From Rhina ancylostomus (taxonomy: Eukaryota), in contig JARFYF010000002.1 in the NCBI GenBank assembly GCA_030265395.1, positions 65,535,043 through 65,599,042 of the forward strand: a DNA stretch of 64,000 nt. The letters run 5' to 3'. Below are positions 1-12,216 of this stretch, one piece after another. The stretch's first letter is position 1; each line of letters opens with the position of its first letter. The notes below the pieces were generated by a model, which was not told the origin of the DNA, made no database searches, and saw nothing but the letters and a program-made list of their open reading frames with translations. The position numbers and the translations under genes were made by a program.

Positions 1-224
1 CTGAAGTCCACTATCAATTCCTTGATCTTGCTGACGTTGAGTGTGAGGTTGTTGTTGTGACACTGCTCAACCAGCTTATCTATCTCACTCCTCTATGCCT
101 CCTCATCGCCATCTGAGATTCTGCCAACAACAGTGGTGTCATCGGCGAATTTGGCATTTAAGCTGTGCCTAGACACACAGTCATGAGTGTAGCAAGAGTA
201 GAGCAGTGGGCTAAGCACATACCC
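1..224 (-). mobile_element. Rex1/Babar-clade LINE, reverse-transcriptase fragment (decayed, runs off window start)
   Basis: Manual minus-strand translation gives GYVLSPLLYSCYTHDCVSRHSLNAKFADDTTVVGRISDGDEEA*RSEIDKLVEQCHNNNLTLNVSKIKELIVDF: non-LTR RT 'LSPLLY...KFADD' motifs with an in-frame stop. Confidence 0.85.
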
Positions 225-2779
225 TTATGAAAAAAGGCACAATCCAAAAGTTATCTCAGAGCAATTATTTAGTGACTTTATAAAAAAAATCCCTTTTGAG
301 TTTCCAAAGGATTTGTAAAGTTTGTTTATGGCATCAAAATTTGTCACACTAAAAGAAATAACTTCATGAAATTGTACTTTCTTAAACATGCTGACCTGGA
401 GTTTCTGCTCATTGCACTGCTTACACTTATACCTCAACATAACTGGTATATAGTTATGTATTTTAAATTATTTTCAGTAAGCTAAATGGGTTACATGCAG
501 CTGGAAAATTGTACTGTGATTTTAAAATGATTATTATTGATGATGAACTGATTTTCAGATGGATTCATCAAACTTTTACCAATTGCCACCCTTAAATAAA
601 TCAAAGAATATTTTTAACAGAAATTTTAAAATCTATTTCAACATATTCTGTTGGTCCATAGCAGATTATACATCTGCAGAAACTGCTGAAGAAAAACACT
701 TTTTCAAAACAGATGCAGTTTTGGAAACAATTTGCTCCTGAATGGTTTTTAAAGTGGAAATTTTGCACAGCTGTGCTTATTATGTCTTCAAAAAACTGTT
801 TAATAGTATTAAACCTTTTTTTAATTCTCACAACGTCAATGAAGTGAGAAGGAATTTAAAGAATGTAGATGACATGTAATTCACACTTTGCATCAACCAG
901 GATCGCTTACACTGGTTTCCATTTACTTTTTGGTCATCATAAGCGCCTGGTGCAATCCTGGAAAATTTGGAAGCAAGTGCCTATTGGCATAGAAACTGGT
1001 GCAAATTTTGGAACAATGTCTCTGTAAGGACTATTGACAATGTTCTGGATCAATGTAACTGGCAGTTCAGAAAACTGTTTGTATCTCTCATCTGAGGAAA
1101 TCAAATTGCGAAAGATTAATGTCCAGCATTGACAAAAACATCAGTTTACTTCCAAAATTATACTCAAATTGGCAGAACATTTTGTCAGCTATAATTCTCT
1201 AAATCACCAGAACCACCACATTAGAGCCCAGCATTATCGCAGCTGCAATATGGGGCACTCATCTAATAAATGAGCACAGCCTTGAACAGTCCAGCCTGTT
1301 GCCAGTGGAAACAGCGTTCCTTTGACATCACCCAGAGCAATCTTCTTTCTTTGATGTTTGGTTTATTGACACATTCACAAGATGAGGTGATGCCACTGTC
1401 ACTTGGCAGTGATGCAGGTACACCACCAAATTTGTGGATTAAATTTACTTGAAATATATTTACTGGATGCTAGTTGTCACATCTTGCTTGCTAATTCAAG
1501 TCATAGTGTAGGCTTATTATAAGCATTGAAACAACACACCAGTAGCTGACCTGGTATGGATTTAAATTCCCTGCTAATCTGGCTAATTGTATCCTGCACA
1601 CTGTTAAAAATTCCAAGTGGACAAGTTTTACGTGCTCTGTTAGAAATCTCTAGGTGAACAAAAATGCATGGGATAATCCATGAATATAGTTTCATTTTTA
1701 AACATTATATTGAAATGTTTTTCATTTGCTGAGTGACCACACATTCATCATGCATGACAACTAAGCTTCATCAAAGCAGATAGGAAATTGTTAAAATTAC
1801 CTACATGTTTTAGTTCTCTCCAGTATTCTACTGAGTAGTAACATTGCCGTGCAAGAAAAACATTATTTGCATGTTACTGGGGAAGGTGTTAAGCCATTAA
1901 TCAGCTGTATTTGTCCTTCTAGTTCAGGAACGAGGATGCATACTGCAATAATCAATAGTGTCCTCACCAACCCCTCATTCTCATTCCTGGTAGCAGTCCC
2001 TCATTCTTTCACCCTACTGATCATTTTCCCAAAACACACCCTGTCCATTTCACAAAGACTTTCTCTGAGGGTTTTTCTTTCCCCTTTAAACAAAGCTAGC
2101 TACTTCAATGACTATTCAGCGCCTCTAGACTTAGACCTCTCCACGTTGCCTCGGTGAAAGCTGTGTGTGTATAAAGGCTGTTTAAGGGGAAGCCTATCCC
2201 CAGCTTCTGGAGCGGCACACACATCGCATGACCCTGCCATCTGTATGCAAATCTCCGTAGACTAAGTAAACTTTGATAAAATGTGCCGACCTCCTCTCTC
2301 TCTGTTTTGCAATCATTAGAGCACATTGGCTCTTTGTGCTATTTTATTACACTTCGTGCAAAGTTTAGATCCTCTGACACCTGCAATAGTTTGCAGCAGA
2401 TGGTAGAACTTGGCTGTGGTGTTTAGCACTTTTTGCTTTTTCCAAATGGCTTCTGCAATAGAGCAAACTCTGATCTGCTTTCTTTTATTTCTTAACATGT
2501 ATACAGCACAGAAGAGATTATCACTAGATTATCAGTGGCCAGTCAAGAGAGACAAAAGCAATCTGCTGCTTGTTTACATGAGCAGTGTTTGGTGACTGTT
2601 TTAGACTGTTCACCCTGTTTATGAGCAGGAAATGAACTCTTAATAACACTACTTTTCCCAAAAAAAGTTCAGTTTTCTATTTTTAAAATGAACTTAAATA
2701 CAAACTAAACTTGTCAGTTTAAAACTAGTTTGTTTTTACTTGAAATCCTTTATGATCAGCAGTGGACAGATGAAGAAGG

Positions 2780-3190
2780 AAGACTTGAATTTACATTTTG
2801 CCTTTTATGACCCCAGGGCATCCTAAAGTATTTTTTCAAGGAACAAAGTACTTTTTGAAGTGCAGCCACTGTTGGACTGTGGGAAACAGTGCAGCCAATT
2901 TGCACACAGCAAGCTTCCACAAACAGCAATGTGATAATAGCTAGATAATCTGTTTTAGTGATGTTTTTTAAAGGATAAATATTGAACAGAACACCATGGA
3001 TTACTCCCTATGCTCATGTTTAAAATATTACGTCTGTCTGAGATAGCAGATGGGCCCTCAGTTTTGCATCTCTAACAGTGCAGCACTTCATAAGGACATC
3101 AGTAGATTTTTGTGCTCAAGTCTCAAGACTGTGTCTTGAACCCACAGTCTTCTGATTCAGAAGGCAATACTGTCAATTTAGCTGCAACTG
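2780..3190 (-). mobile_element. Deu-domain tRNA-derived SINE (SacSINE1/AmnSINE-like), old copy
   Basis: Contains gcagccaatttgcacacagcaagcttccacaaacagcaatgtgataa, the reverse of the Deu core. A B-box-like cttgaaccc is near 3137. Similar to the + copy at 11205-11652. Confidence 0.7.
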
Positions 3191-4136
3191 GCATTGGCCA
3201 TGAATGGCATTGTACACATTGTGTCACAGAACGCCAGGGCAGGGTCTCTCTGCTCAAGCTGAAACTAAACTCATTCACAATAAGAATGGACAAACTTAAG
3301 ACACATTAGGGCACTTTCATGTGTTCCCAGCAGACAGCTTAAAAGTGGAATTCATAAGAAGCCTGTGAACCCACTGCAAGCAACCTGTTCACTGCAGAAG
3401 TGGAGAACTGAGTTTAGTGTATAGAGACCTGGAGAAGAGTGGGACAATAACACATAGGATAGGAAATGATAGGAAACAAAAGTACATTGAGGAGATTCCC
3501 ACTTCAATAAATAAGTCACAAAATATACAGAAACTTTGACATTAAATGTTCTTTTGAATGGTAAATTATGACCAACTGTTGCTTGAGAGCCCATTGTTTC
3601 CTGAAGAGAGAATGTTAGAGAATGGTGCCACAGCTAAATGAGGTATGGGCATTACCACAGGATGCATTAGTGCTGAACATTTGTGTTACTTCCAGTTACA
3701 TGACATGCTTTGTTTTGGAAAAGAAACTACTTTGAAGTAAGTGTCAAAGTAAAATATCTGTATGCACTGAGTAGAAAAATGATTGTTCTTTGCTGGGATT
3801 GGCCTGTTTATGCTGATATATATCTTTAGTGCAACATGCAGCAGCTTTGATAATCTTCCAGAACTCCTCGTCTGTACTTCACTAATCACTTTCTCACCAC
3901 TGCAAAAGCACAGATGCTAATCGAGCTCTCTCATCCTTCTAGGCCAGCCTACAACTTTTGCTATGCTTGCCCACCATCATCAAACTGTCAGGAGCTGCAC
4001 TTTCCTGGTTCCATTATGATCCAGAGAATCAGCTGCAAAGGCTTCTCTTCTTTCACGTGCACTGTTAATTCTGGGCTCCATCGAGGATCTTTACTTGAAC
4101 TATTCCCATTTCTCACCTTCACAGCATCAGTTTCTA

Positions 4137-5390
4137 CATAGAACATAGAACACAGAACATTACAGCACAGTACAGGCCCTTCGGCCCATGATGTTGTGCC
4201 AACATCTTATCCTGCTCTAAGGTCTATTTAATCCTTCGTTCCCACATAGCCCTCCATTTTTCTATCATTATGTGGCTATCTAAGAATCTCTTAAATGTCC
4301 CTGATGTATCTGCCTCCACCACCTCTCCCAGCAGTGCGTTCCATGCACCCACTACTCTCTGTGTAAAAAACTTACCTCTGACATCCCCCTTACACCTTCC
4401 TCCAATCACCTTAAAATTGTGCCCCCTTTGTGTGAGCAATTTTCACCTTGGGAAAAAGTCTCTGACTGTCCACTCAATCTATACCTCTTATCATCTTGTA
4501 CACCTCTATCAGGTCAACTCTCATCTTTCTTCTCTCCATAGAGGAAAGCCCTAACTCACTCAACCNNNNNNNNNNNNNNNNNNNNNNNNNNNNNNNNNNN
4601 NNNNNNNNNNNNNNNNNNNNNNNNNNNNNNNNNNNNNNNNNNNNNNNNNNNNNNNNNNNNNNNNNNNNNNNNNNNNNNNNNNNNNNNNNNNNNNNNNNNN
4701 NNNNNNNNNNNNNNNNNNNNNNNNNNNNNNNNNNNNNNNNNNNNNNNNNNNNNNNNNNNNNNNNNNNNNNNNNNNNNNNNNNNNNNNNNNNNNNNNNNNN
4801 NNNNNNNNNNNNNNNNNNNNNNNNNNNNNNNNNNNNNNNNNNNNNNNNNNNNNNNNNNNNNNNNNNNNNNNNNNNNNNNNNNNNNNNNNNNNNNNNNNNN
4901 NNNNNNNNNNNNNNNNNNNNNNNNNNNNNNNNNNNNNNNNNNNNNNNNNNNNNNNNNNNNNNNNNNNNNNNNNNNNNNNNNNNNNNNNNNNNNNNNNNNN
5001 NNNNNNNNNNNNNNNNNNNNNNNNNNNNNNNNNNNNNNNNNNNNNNNNNNNNNNNNNNNNNNNNNNNNNNNNNNNNNNNNNNNNNNNNNNNNNNNNNNNN
5101 NNNNNNNNNNNNNNNNNNNNNNNNNNNNNNNNNNNNNNNNNNNNNNNNNNNNNNNNNNNNNNNNNNNNNNNNNNNNNNNNNNNNNNNNNNNNNNNNNNNN
5201 NNNNNNNNNNNNNNNNNNNNNNNNNNNNNNNNNNNNNNNNNNNNNNNNNNNNNNNNNNNNNNNNNNNNNNNNNNNNNNNNNNNNNNNNNNNNNNNNNNNN
5301 NNNNNNNNNNNNNNNCAGGTACATCACATCAAATGCTTGACCTTCATCAATGTACTTTGTCACATCCTCAAAGAATTCAATCAACCTGTC
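4137..5390 (-). mobile_element. CR1-clade (HER1-like) LINE 3' portion, spanning a gap
   Basis: (agaacat)n tail at 4137-4162. ORF2 C-terminal peptide RGHNFKVIGGRCKGDVRGKFFTQRVVGAWNAL (4224-4439). RT peptide RLIEFFEDVTKYIDEGQAFDVMYL beyond the gap. Confidence 0.85.
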
Positions 5391-5402
5391 AACATTCACC
5401 CT

Positions 5403-6035
5403 GTCAAAATCAAAATTAAGTTTATTGTCATATGCGCAAGTACATGTAATCACAGGTGCAATGAAAAACTTACTTGCAGCAACATCACAGGCACACAGCA
5501 TCATATAAGCAGCATTCAGGATAAAAGCATTAATTAAACATAAATTATACACAATTTTTACAAGAAAGAACACAATTAGAACAAAAAAAAACAAAGTCCA
5601 TTTTAGTGCAAAGTGGTCAGAGTGGTCATTGTGTTGCTATACTGAGGTTGTTAGAGTTGTGCCGGTTGTTTCAAGAACTGAACAGTTGAAGGGAAGCAGC
5701 TGTTCTTGAACCTGGTGGTGTGGAAATTCAGGCTTCTGTACCTCCTGCCCGATGGTAGTTGCAAGAAGATGGCATGGCCCGGAAGGTGGGCATCTTTAAA
5801 TTTGCCTTCTTGAGGCAGCGCCTCCTGTGGATACTACCAGTGGTGGGGAGGGATGTGCACGTGATATATTGGCCAGAGTCCACTACTCTCTGCAGCTTCT
5901 TACGTTCCTGTGCATTTGAATTGCTGTACCAGACCACAATGCAACCAGTCAGGATACTTTCAACAGTACATCTGTAGAAGTGTGTTAGAGAGTTTTTAAT
6001 CTCCTAAGAAAGTAAAGATGCAATGCTTCTATGTG
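5403..6035 (-). mobile_element. Rex1/Babar-clade LINE 3' end (subfamily 1)
   Basis: Peptide VWYSNSNAQERKKLQRVVDSGQYITCTSLPTTGSIHRRRCLKKA, typical of the Rex1 ORF C-terminus. 3'UTR ends atgacaataaacttaattttgattttga. Same UTR occurs at 60670-61160. Confidence 0.8.
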
Positions 6036-7339
6036 ATTGCATTTAAATTTAGTTTAAAGTTGCTGACTACTTCAATGCTGAGTCTCAACCCTTCAACTGT
6101 CTGCAGGTCTTTAGACTTCTTGTGTGGCATGCANNNNNNNNNNNNNNNNNNNNNNNNNNNNNNNNNNNNNNNNNNNNNNNNNNNNNNNNNNNNNNNNNNN
6201 NNNNNNNNNNNNNNNNNNNNNNNNNNNNNNNNNNNNNNNNNNNNNNNNNNNNNNNNNNNNNNNNNNNNNNNNNNNNNNNNNNNNNNNNNNNNNNNNNNNN
6301 NNNNNNNNNNNNNNNNNNNNNNNNNNNNNNNNNNNNNNNNNNNNNNNNNNNNNNNNNNNNNNNNNNNNNNNNNNNNNNNNNNNNNNNNNNNNNNNNNNNN
6401 NNNNNNNNNNNNNNNNNNNNNNNNNNNNNNNNNNNNNNNNNNNNNNNNNNNNNNNNNNNNNNNNNNNNNNNNNNNNNNNNNNNNNNNNNNNNNNNNNNNN
6501 NNNNNNNNNNNNNNNNNNNNNNNNNNNNNNNNNNNNNNNNNNNNNNNNNNNNNNNNNNNNNNNNNNNNNNNNNNNNNNNNNNNNNNNNNNNNNNNNNNNN
6601 NNNNNNNNNNNNNNNNNNNNNNNNNNNNNNNNNNNNNNNNNNNNNNNNNNNNNNNNNNNNNNNNNNNNNNNNNNNNNNNNNNNNNNNNNNNNNNNNNNNN
6701 NNNNNNNNNNNNNNNNNNNNNNNNNNNNNNNNNNNNNNNNNNNNNNNNNNNNNNNNNNNNNNNNNNTATTTTATTGTATGGTTATCTAAGATTTGAGTGA
6801 TAACCAGATCTCTTTGCAAGATATGTACAAACTTTGATGCCATTTACCATTAGTATTGATTTGAAAACTAATAAAAAAGATTGAAAAAGAAAAAGAAACT
6901 AATCTCATCTGCCTACACATGGTCTACATCGCTCCACTTAAGCAATAAAGAAGACATCGGGGAAGTGGTGTTGAAACCAAAATTGAATCAGCCATGATCT
7001 TATTGAAAAGTGGAGCAGACTGAAAGGACTGATTGACCGACTCTTGCTTCTTCTTACGTTCAGCTTCACCTCTCCAGCACTTTTCCAGAACTCTACCATC
7101 TTACGATTGCTTGTTGTCAGTCTACTTTCATGATTTCAAGTCATGGATGACCTGAGATTTCCTTTGGTTAAACACTTAAAACTGCTGACCTACAGTTTCA
7201 ATCACAGAGTGCAGCATGTGCAATGCATCAAAGAATATTATCAGAAATTATTCACAAAGCACAATTCTGGAATAGCCATGAAACCTGCAGTATGAATTTT
7301 CCTTCTGGATCCTCCACATATCAAATGCACTAGTACGAT

Positions 7340-7632
7340 GGCAGGCATGGTAGTGTAATGGTTAGTGTAACGTTATTACAGCACCAGTGACCCGGATTCA
7401 ATTCTGGCCGCTGCCTGTAAGGACTTTGTACGTTTTCCCCCTGACTGTGTGAGTTTCCTCCGGGTGCTCTGGTTTCCTCCCACACTCTAAAGATGTATGG
7501 CTTAAGAAGTGTGGGCATGCTATGTTGGCACCGGAAGCATGGCAACACCTGTGGGCTGCCCCCAGAACACTCTACACAAAGATGCATTTCACCATATGTT
7601 TTGATGCACATATGACTAATAAAGATATCTTA
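7340..7632 (+). mobile_element. tRNA-derived V-domain SINE, type A tail, full length
   Basis: A-box-like tagtgtaatggttag and B-box-like ggattcaattc. V-domain gtttcctccgggtgctctggtttcctcccaca. Tail ...tgactaataaagatatctta. Several homologous copies in the window. Confidence 0.85.
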
Positions 7633-9032
7633 CAATGGCAGACTGCAAAGAGGAAAGTCTTCTAAGCATGTTCGTCATGTTTGGCCAATTCAGCTGTGGG
7701 GATTTGGCAGCCACAGGTCCATCAGCCCACTGAGGATCAACGTATCGGGCATTTTAAGGAACTGAAGAATTTCTAGGCCACTGTCTTTGAACCTCACCTG
7801 CAAGTCCATTTTTCTAGAACTTAACTTAGTTTCAGGATGAGTCTAACAGTTTACAAGCCTGGCATCCTGCTTAACCTTAAATTGAGCTTCTGAACGTATG
7901 TGCAATCTTCACACTTCGAAACACGATTTCTTCCCACACCATCTGCTGCTGAAAGCCTCATCCGTGCTTTTGTAAATCCATTTACAATTGTACCACATCT
8001 AATGGGCAAAGGAAATCTTCCCATATATTGATTTTTTTAAAATCTGCTTGGCAGCTTTTATTCTAACTTTGAATCTTGGGAATACAAGCTATTTTGATCA
8101 AACATCTGAAATTTCCTTTTAGACTGAATGTTTATTTTGTGGTTTCTAGTGTTCGTGGATGTCGTTTTAACTTTACACCCATCCAAGAAATGTAGAACTT
8201 TGTTAGTGTAAGTACCACAATTAACTGGAACAATGTGGCTTTCAGAGCAGACAATGAATGAACAGGTGTGTATTTATCCTAGGTATGAGCACACCAGAGA
8301 CCATTTTGGCATAAGGGCAAAGCCAACTGTTAAAATAGAAACTAGAGAGCCAAAATCTTGTTGAATACTTACCTTTGAGTTAATGATTACCATTTGATTG
8401 TGGATATGTGTACTTATTGTTTACTTGGATTAATAGATAGCATATTTTGTGTGTTCCGATTGGCTGGCCATCAGGCAGCAGGTGCCAGGCTTTAGCATGG
8501 TTTCATGTTCCAAGATGCTGTTTCAACTTGAAATCCTTCCTTCCTCATGTTCCTATCTGTTAATGGCTTTAGTTTAGTCTCCAGCAGGTTCTGTTCTACA
8601 ATAGGGAAAGAGCTGATTAAAATACTTGGCTTTCACCTTGAGCTTTGATCAGCTTGGCACCCTGTGTTCCAGCAGGGAACTTGCTGGAGAGCACAGTGCG
8701 GCTTCATTTCTCTTCTGCTAACTGGCTGTGAGGCACTGACTCTGTATGCCAGCTCTCAGTACAACAGTCAATGGTTTGAAAGATTGACACCACTCTTCAT
8801 CTGTTGTGTTTTTGTACAATTCCNNNNNNNNNNATTGGCATAATCTGTGGGGCAAACTAGCTTCTATACATCACATCAACAATTTAGTTTCAATTTTTTT
8901 CTCCTTTCCTTGCTCTATACTTTCTATTAATTGGCTTATTAAAACCTTGACCAAGTCACCTACCCAAAAATCTTCCTTCTGTTGAAACATTAATTATATG
9001 TTAAAAAATTTGCGGAAAATATTCAGCAAGTC

Positions 9033-9360
9033 ACCCAGGTCATTCTGCCTTCTCCCCTCTTCTATCAGCAGAAGATGCAGGAGCCCGAGGACACATATCA
9101 CCAAGTTCAAGGACAGCTTCTATCCCACTGTGATAAGACTATTGAATGATTCTTTTATACTATGAGATGGACTCTTGACCTCACAGTCTACCTTGTTATG
9201 ACCTTGCACCTCATTGTCTACCTGCAATGCACTTCCCTGTAGCTGTGACACTTTACTCTGTATTCTGTTCTTGTTTTACTCTGTATTACCTCAATGCACT
9301 GTGCAATGAATTGATCTGTATGANNNNNNNNNNAGTGACAATAATAAACCAATACCAATA
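9033..9360 (+). mobile_element. Rex1/Babar-clade LINE 3' end (subfamily 2), 5'-truncated, with target-site duplication
   Basis: caccaagttcaaggacagcttctatccc (T-K-F-K-D-S-F-Y-P C-terminus). Tail gtgacaataataaaccaataccaat. Flanked by direct repeat agcaagtca (~9025 and ~9360) inside a Penelope-derived repeat. Confidence 0.8.
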
Positions 9361-9700
9361 GCAAGTCAGGCAGCATCTGTGTAACTTAAAAAACAAGTTT
9401 TTCATTGCACCTGTGCATACATGTACTTGTGCACATGACAATAAACTCAACTTTGAAAGTCAACTTTGATCCTTTTTATTCCTCTTTCTCAGTTCTAACA
9501 AAGGTTTTCAACCTGAAACATTGTTTGTCCTTCCACAGCTGCTGCCTGACTTTGCTAAGTGTTTGCAGCATTTTCTATTTTTATTTCAGGGTTCCAGCAT
9601 GTACAGCTTTTTTGATTTATGGCTTGAAAGATTCATTCTGTTTCTCCTTCCCAGATGCTGCATGACGTGAGCATTTCCAGTATTTTTTATTTTTATTCTC
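9361..9700. mobile_element. Penelope-like pseudo-LTR remnants plus a short Rex tail (~9398-9470)
   Basis: cagcaagtcaggcagcatctgtg and its reverse complement-like ccacagctgctgcctgactttgct. Degenerate hammerhead-like core ctaacaa-aggt..acct-gaaac at 9495-9519. Confidence 0.6.
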
Positions 9701-9779
9701 TTAATAGCTCTCCATCTGGGTCAGTGTCAACTCTTCTGCAATAACATTCCTGTGTTTTATTGTGCTGAAGAGCTCCTCT

Positions 9780-10260
9780 TTTCTATAGGGATTGAGGATG
9801 ACTCACTTCCATTCCAATTTTGGGGATTCAGAGGTTGCTGATGAGCAGCAGGTGCCTGACATGATGGGTGATGCGTCGCGTGGCAGGTGGTGCACTCCTT
9901 CTGCTGCTTAGACTGGGCTTCTGCATGTCTTCAATGAATGGACAAGGTTCTCAATATCATCCTGAACGCTCCTACGTTTAAATGGATATGGGGCAAAAGA
10001 GTCAGTGGGGATGCTACACTTTTTCCAAGAAGACTTTGGGAACATCCTTGAATTGTTTCCCCTGTCCACCTGGTAAGCTCTTGCAGTGACTGTGAGTGAT
10101 GTGGCCTCCCAATGAAGAAAGTTGAATGTAATTTGAGTCTTAATGCTGGGAACATTGGCCTGGAGAAGGACAGTGATATTTGTTTGCCTATCCTGCTAGT
10201 GGATTTGGAGGAAGTCTTAGGTGCTATTGGTTTTATTTGACAGCAATGTCACCTTCCATA
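9780..10260 (-). mobile_element. RTE-clade LINE, 3' part (sense segment)
   Basis: Minus-strand remnants match the RTE ORF C-terminus (..LQIH*QDRQTNITVLLQANVPSI.., ..LPGGQGKQFKDVPK..). The ggattgaggatga 3' segment is shared with the copy at 44490. Confidence 0.7.
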
Positions 10261-10269
10261 AGCTAAGCT

Positions 10270-11190
10270 TCCCACGATTCCACAGGAAGAAAGGGAAGCC
10301 ATTCAAACTACTGAACCTTGACTCCAGAACAAAAGTCATTCCAAGTTCAGTTACCAAGCTGCAGTCTTCAGGCAACACATGTACACGTACACATTTGGAG
10401 GTTGAGCTCCAAGTCATTGCCAGCTCATTGGAATGAATGGGCCTGACACTTAGTCTATTAAGCAAAAGTCATCCAGCAGTCTAGACCTTTAGCTTAATGT
10501 ATGAGGAGTGTTTGATGGCTCAGGGCCTGTACTTGATGGAGTTCAGAAGGATGAGGGGGATCTCATTGAAACCTACCGAATTCTAAAAGGCCTGGATGGA
10601 GGGGACATGGAGAGGATGTTTCCATTAGTAGGAGAGTCTAGGATCCGAGGGCAGAACCTCAGAATAAAGGGATGTCCCTTTAGAACTGAGGGGAGGAGGA
10701 ATTTCTTCAGCCAGAGGATGGTGAATCTGTGGAATTTGTTGCCAAGTCATTGGGTGCATTAAAGGCAGAAATTGATAGTTCTTGTTTAGTAAAGGGGTTA
10801 AAGGTTACATGGAGAAGATGGGAGAATGGCACTGAGAAAAATGTCAGCCATGATTGAATGGCAAAGCAGACTCAATGGGCCGAATGGCCTAATTGTGCTC
10901 CTAAATCTTATGGTCTAACCGCAGTACGACACTGGTCTCTGACAATAAAGGTCAATGACAAGACTGTGGAAAACGTGGATCATTTCCCATATCACTGAAG
11001 TCACACTTGGTGAAGACAGAGGTGAATGATGAAATTCACCATCTCCTTTGGTGCACTAACACAGCCTTCAGTCATCTGCAAAAGTGCTCAAAAAATCAAA
11101 AACCTCAAACCCGGCCCAAAGCTCATAGTCTTACCGAGCAAAAGTGATCCCTGTCCTCTTGCATGTTCCGAGGTCACGGTCTACCTAAAG
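10270..11190 (+). mobile_element. RTE-clade LINE, upstream part in inverted orientation, interrupted by a CR1
   Basis: ORF 10221-10436 KGKPFKLLNLDSRTKVIPSSVTKLQSSGNTCTRTHLEVELQVIASS is a decayed 'GKLFNL..SRTKV..VIELQYADD' region. After the CR1 it resumes as IKVNDKTVENVDHFPY...DEIHHLL...LKPGPKLIV. Confidence 0.7.
10495..10917 (+). mobile_element. CR1-clade LINE 3' end
   Basis: GDLIETYRILKGLDGGDMERMFPLVGESRIRGQNLRIKGCPFRTEGRRNFFSQRMVNLWNLLP, followed by the typical terminus ggccgaatggcctaattgtgctcctaaatcttatggtc. Confidence 0.88.
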
Positions 11191-11204
11191 TCACTATAAC
11201 AAAG

Positions 11205-11652
11205 GCAGCAGCCTCAGCTCAGCTGGTAGTATTTTGGCCTCTATATCTGAAAGTCGTTTCAAATCCCATTCAGAGGCTTGAGTGCAGAAGTCAGTGTTAA
11301 CTCTCCAGTGCAGTACTGTCTGATGGAGTGCTACACTGTTGGACGTCATAACTTTCAGCTGAGACATTAAACTGAGAGGCTGCCTGCTCTCTAAGGATAA
11401 GCTCAAAGATCCCACGGTTGTTTTTGAAGAAAGTGAGTCATCCCAAAGTACGTTAGCCAAATTTATGTTCCAGCCAACGCCTGAACAAAGATCAATTACT
11501 CAGTGTCAGATTGTGATCTGTAGAAGCTTGGAACTTCACATTGGCTACTGTGTTTCCTCATTACAACAGAGGCCACATTTCAAAAGTAACCCATTGGCTG
11601 TTGAGTGTTCTGGTACATCCTGAAGTTGTGACATGTGCTACATAAGTGTGAC
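11205..11652 (+). mobile_element. Deu-domain tRNA-derived SINE, near full length
   Basis: tRNA-like head (gctcagctggtag...ttcaaatccc), ccagtgcagtactg..gagtgctacactgttgga, Deu core, and L2-like tail catcctgaagttgtgacatgtgctacataagtg. Confidence 0.72.
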
Positions 11653-12011
11653 TAATGCTGTTGGTGTAGGAGGTAGGAGGTTTGCCATTGCCGGAAAGCA
11701 GTTCCACAGATACCATACTCTGTCTTCCCAAATGAGCCCTGACTATCCACGTCCTGATGGAAAATGTTCCTACAGTAAAAGCACCGTAGGTGCTGCATGA
11801 TGATATAACTTTTGACAATGATCATGGATACCAATGCAGTCAAATTTGCTATTGCTGGGAAGGCCAAATAATTCCCAGCAGGGTCCAGAGCAGCATTCAT
11901 CTTCCTGCCTCCCAAAAAGATTAAAATTAGTGGCAATGTCGATTGGCCATTCTCCTTAGTAGCTCTGCAGGTATCGACAAAACGAAGTGGTGACATTTTG
12001 AGTTTGTCATT

Positions 12012-12216
12012 GAGCAGGCAAGTTAATGTTAGCGTAATGCTATTACAACACCAGCGACCCTGGTTCAATTCCAGCCACTGTGCGTAAGGAGTTGTGGGCA
12101 TGCTATTTTGGAACAAGAAGCATGGCAACACTTGAGGGCTACCCCTAGAACACGCTACACAAAAGATGCACTTCACTGTGTGTTTCGATGTACATGTGAC
12201 AAATAAAGATATCTTA
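12012..12216 (+). mobile_element. Type A tRNA-SINE copy with the V-domain deleted
   Basis: Head (ggttcaattcc) joins directly to gttgtgggcatgc... and the tail tgacaaataaagatatctta. The central V-domain seen at 7340 is absent. Confidence 0.8.

Noticed and set aside
4496-6843. Long ORFs of 200-340 aa in the ORF track (also 19191-20143 and 59765-60653)
   Set aside because: They are runs of N translated as X, not coding evidence.
7340-7420. tRNA-like A/B boxes as tRNA genes (all SINE heads)
   Set aside because: No complete cloverleaf; each continues into the V-domain or Deu-domain SINE body.
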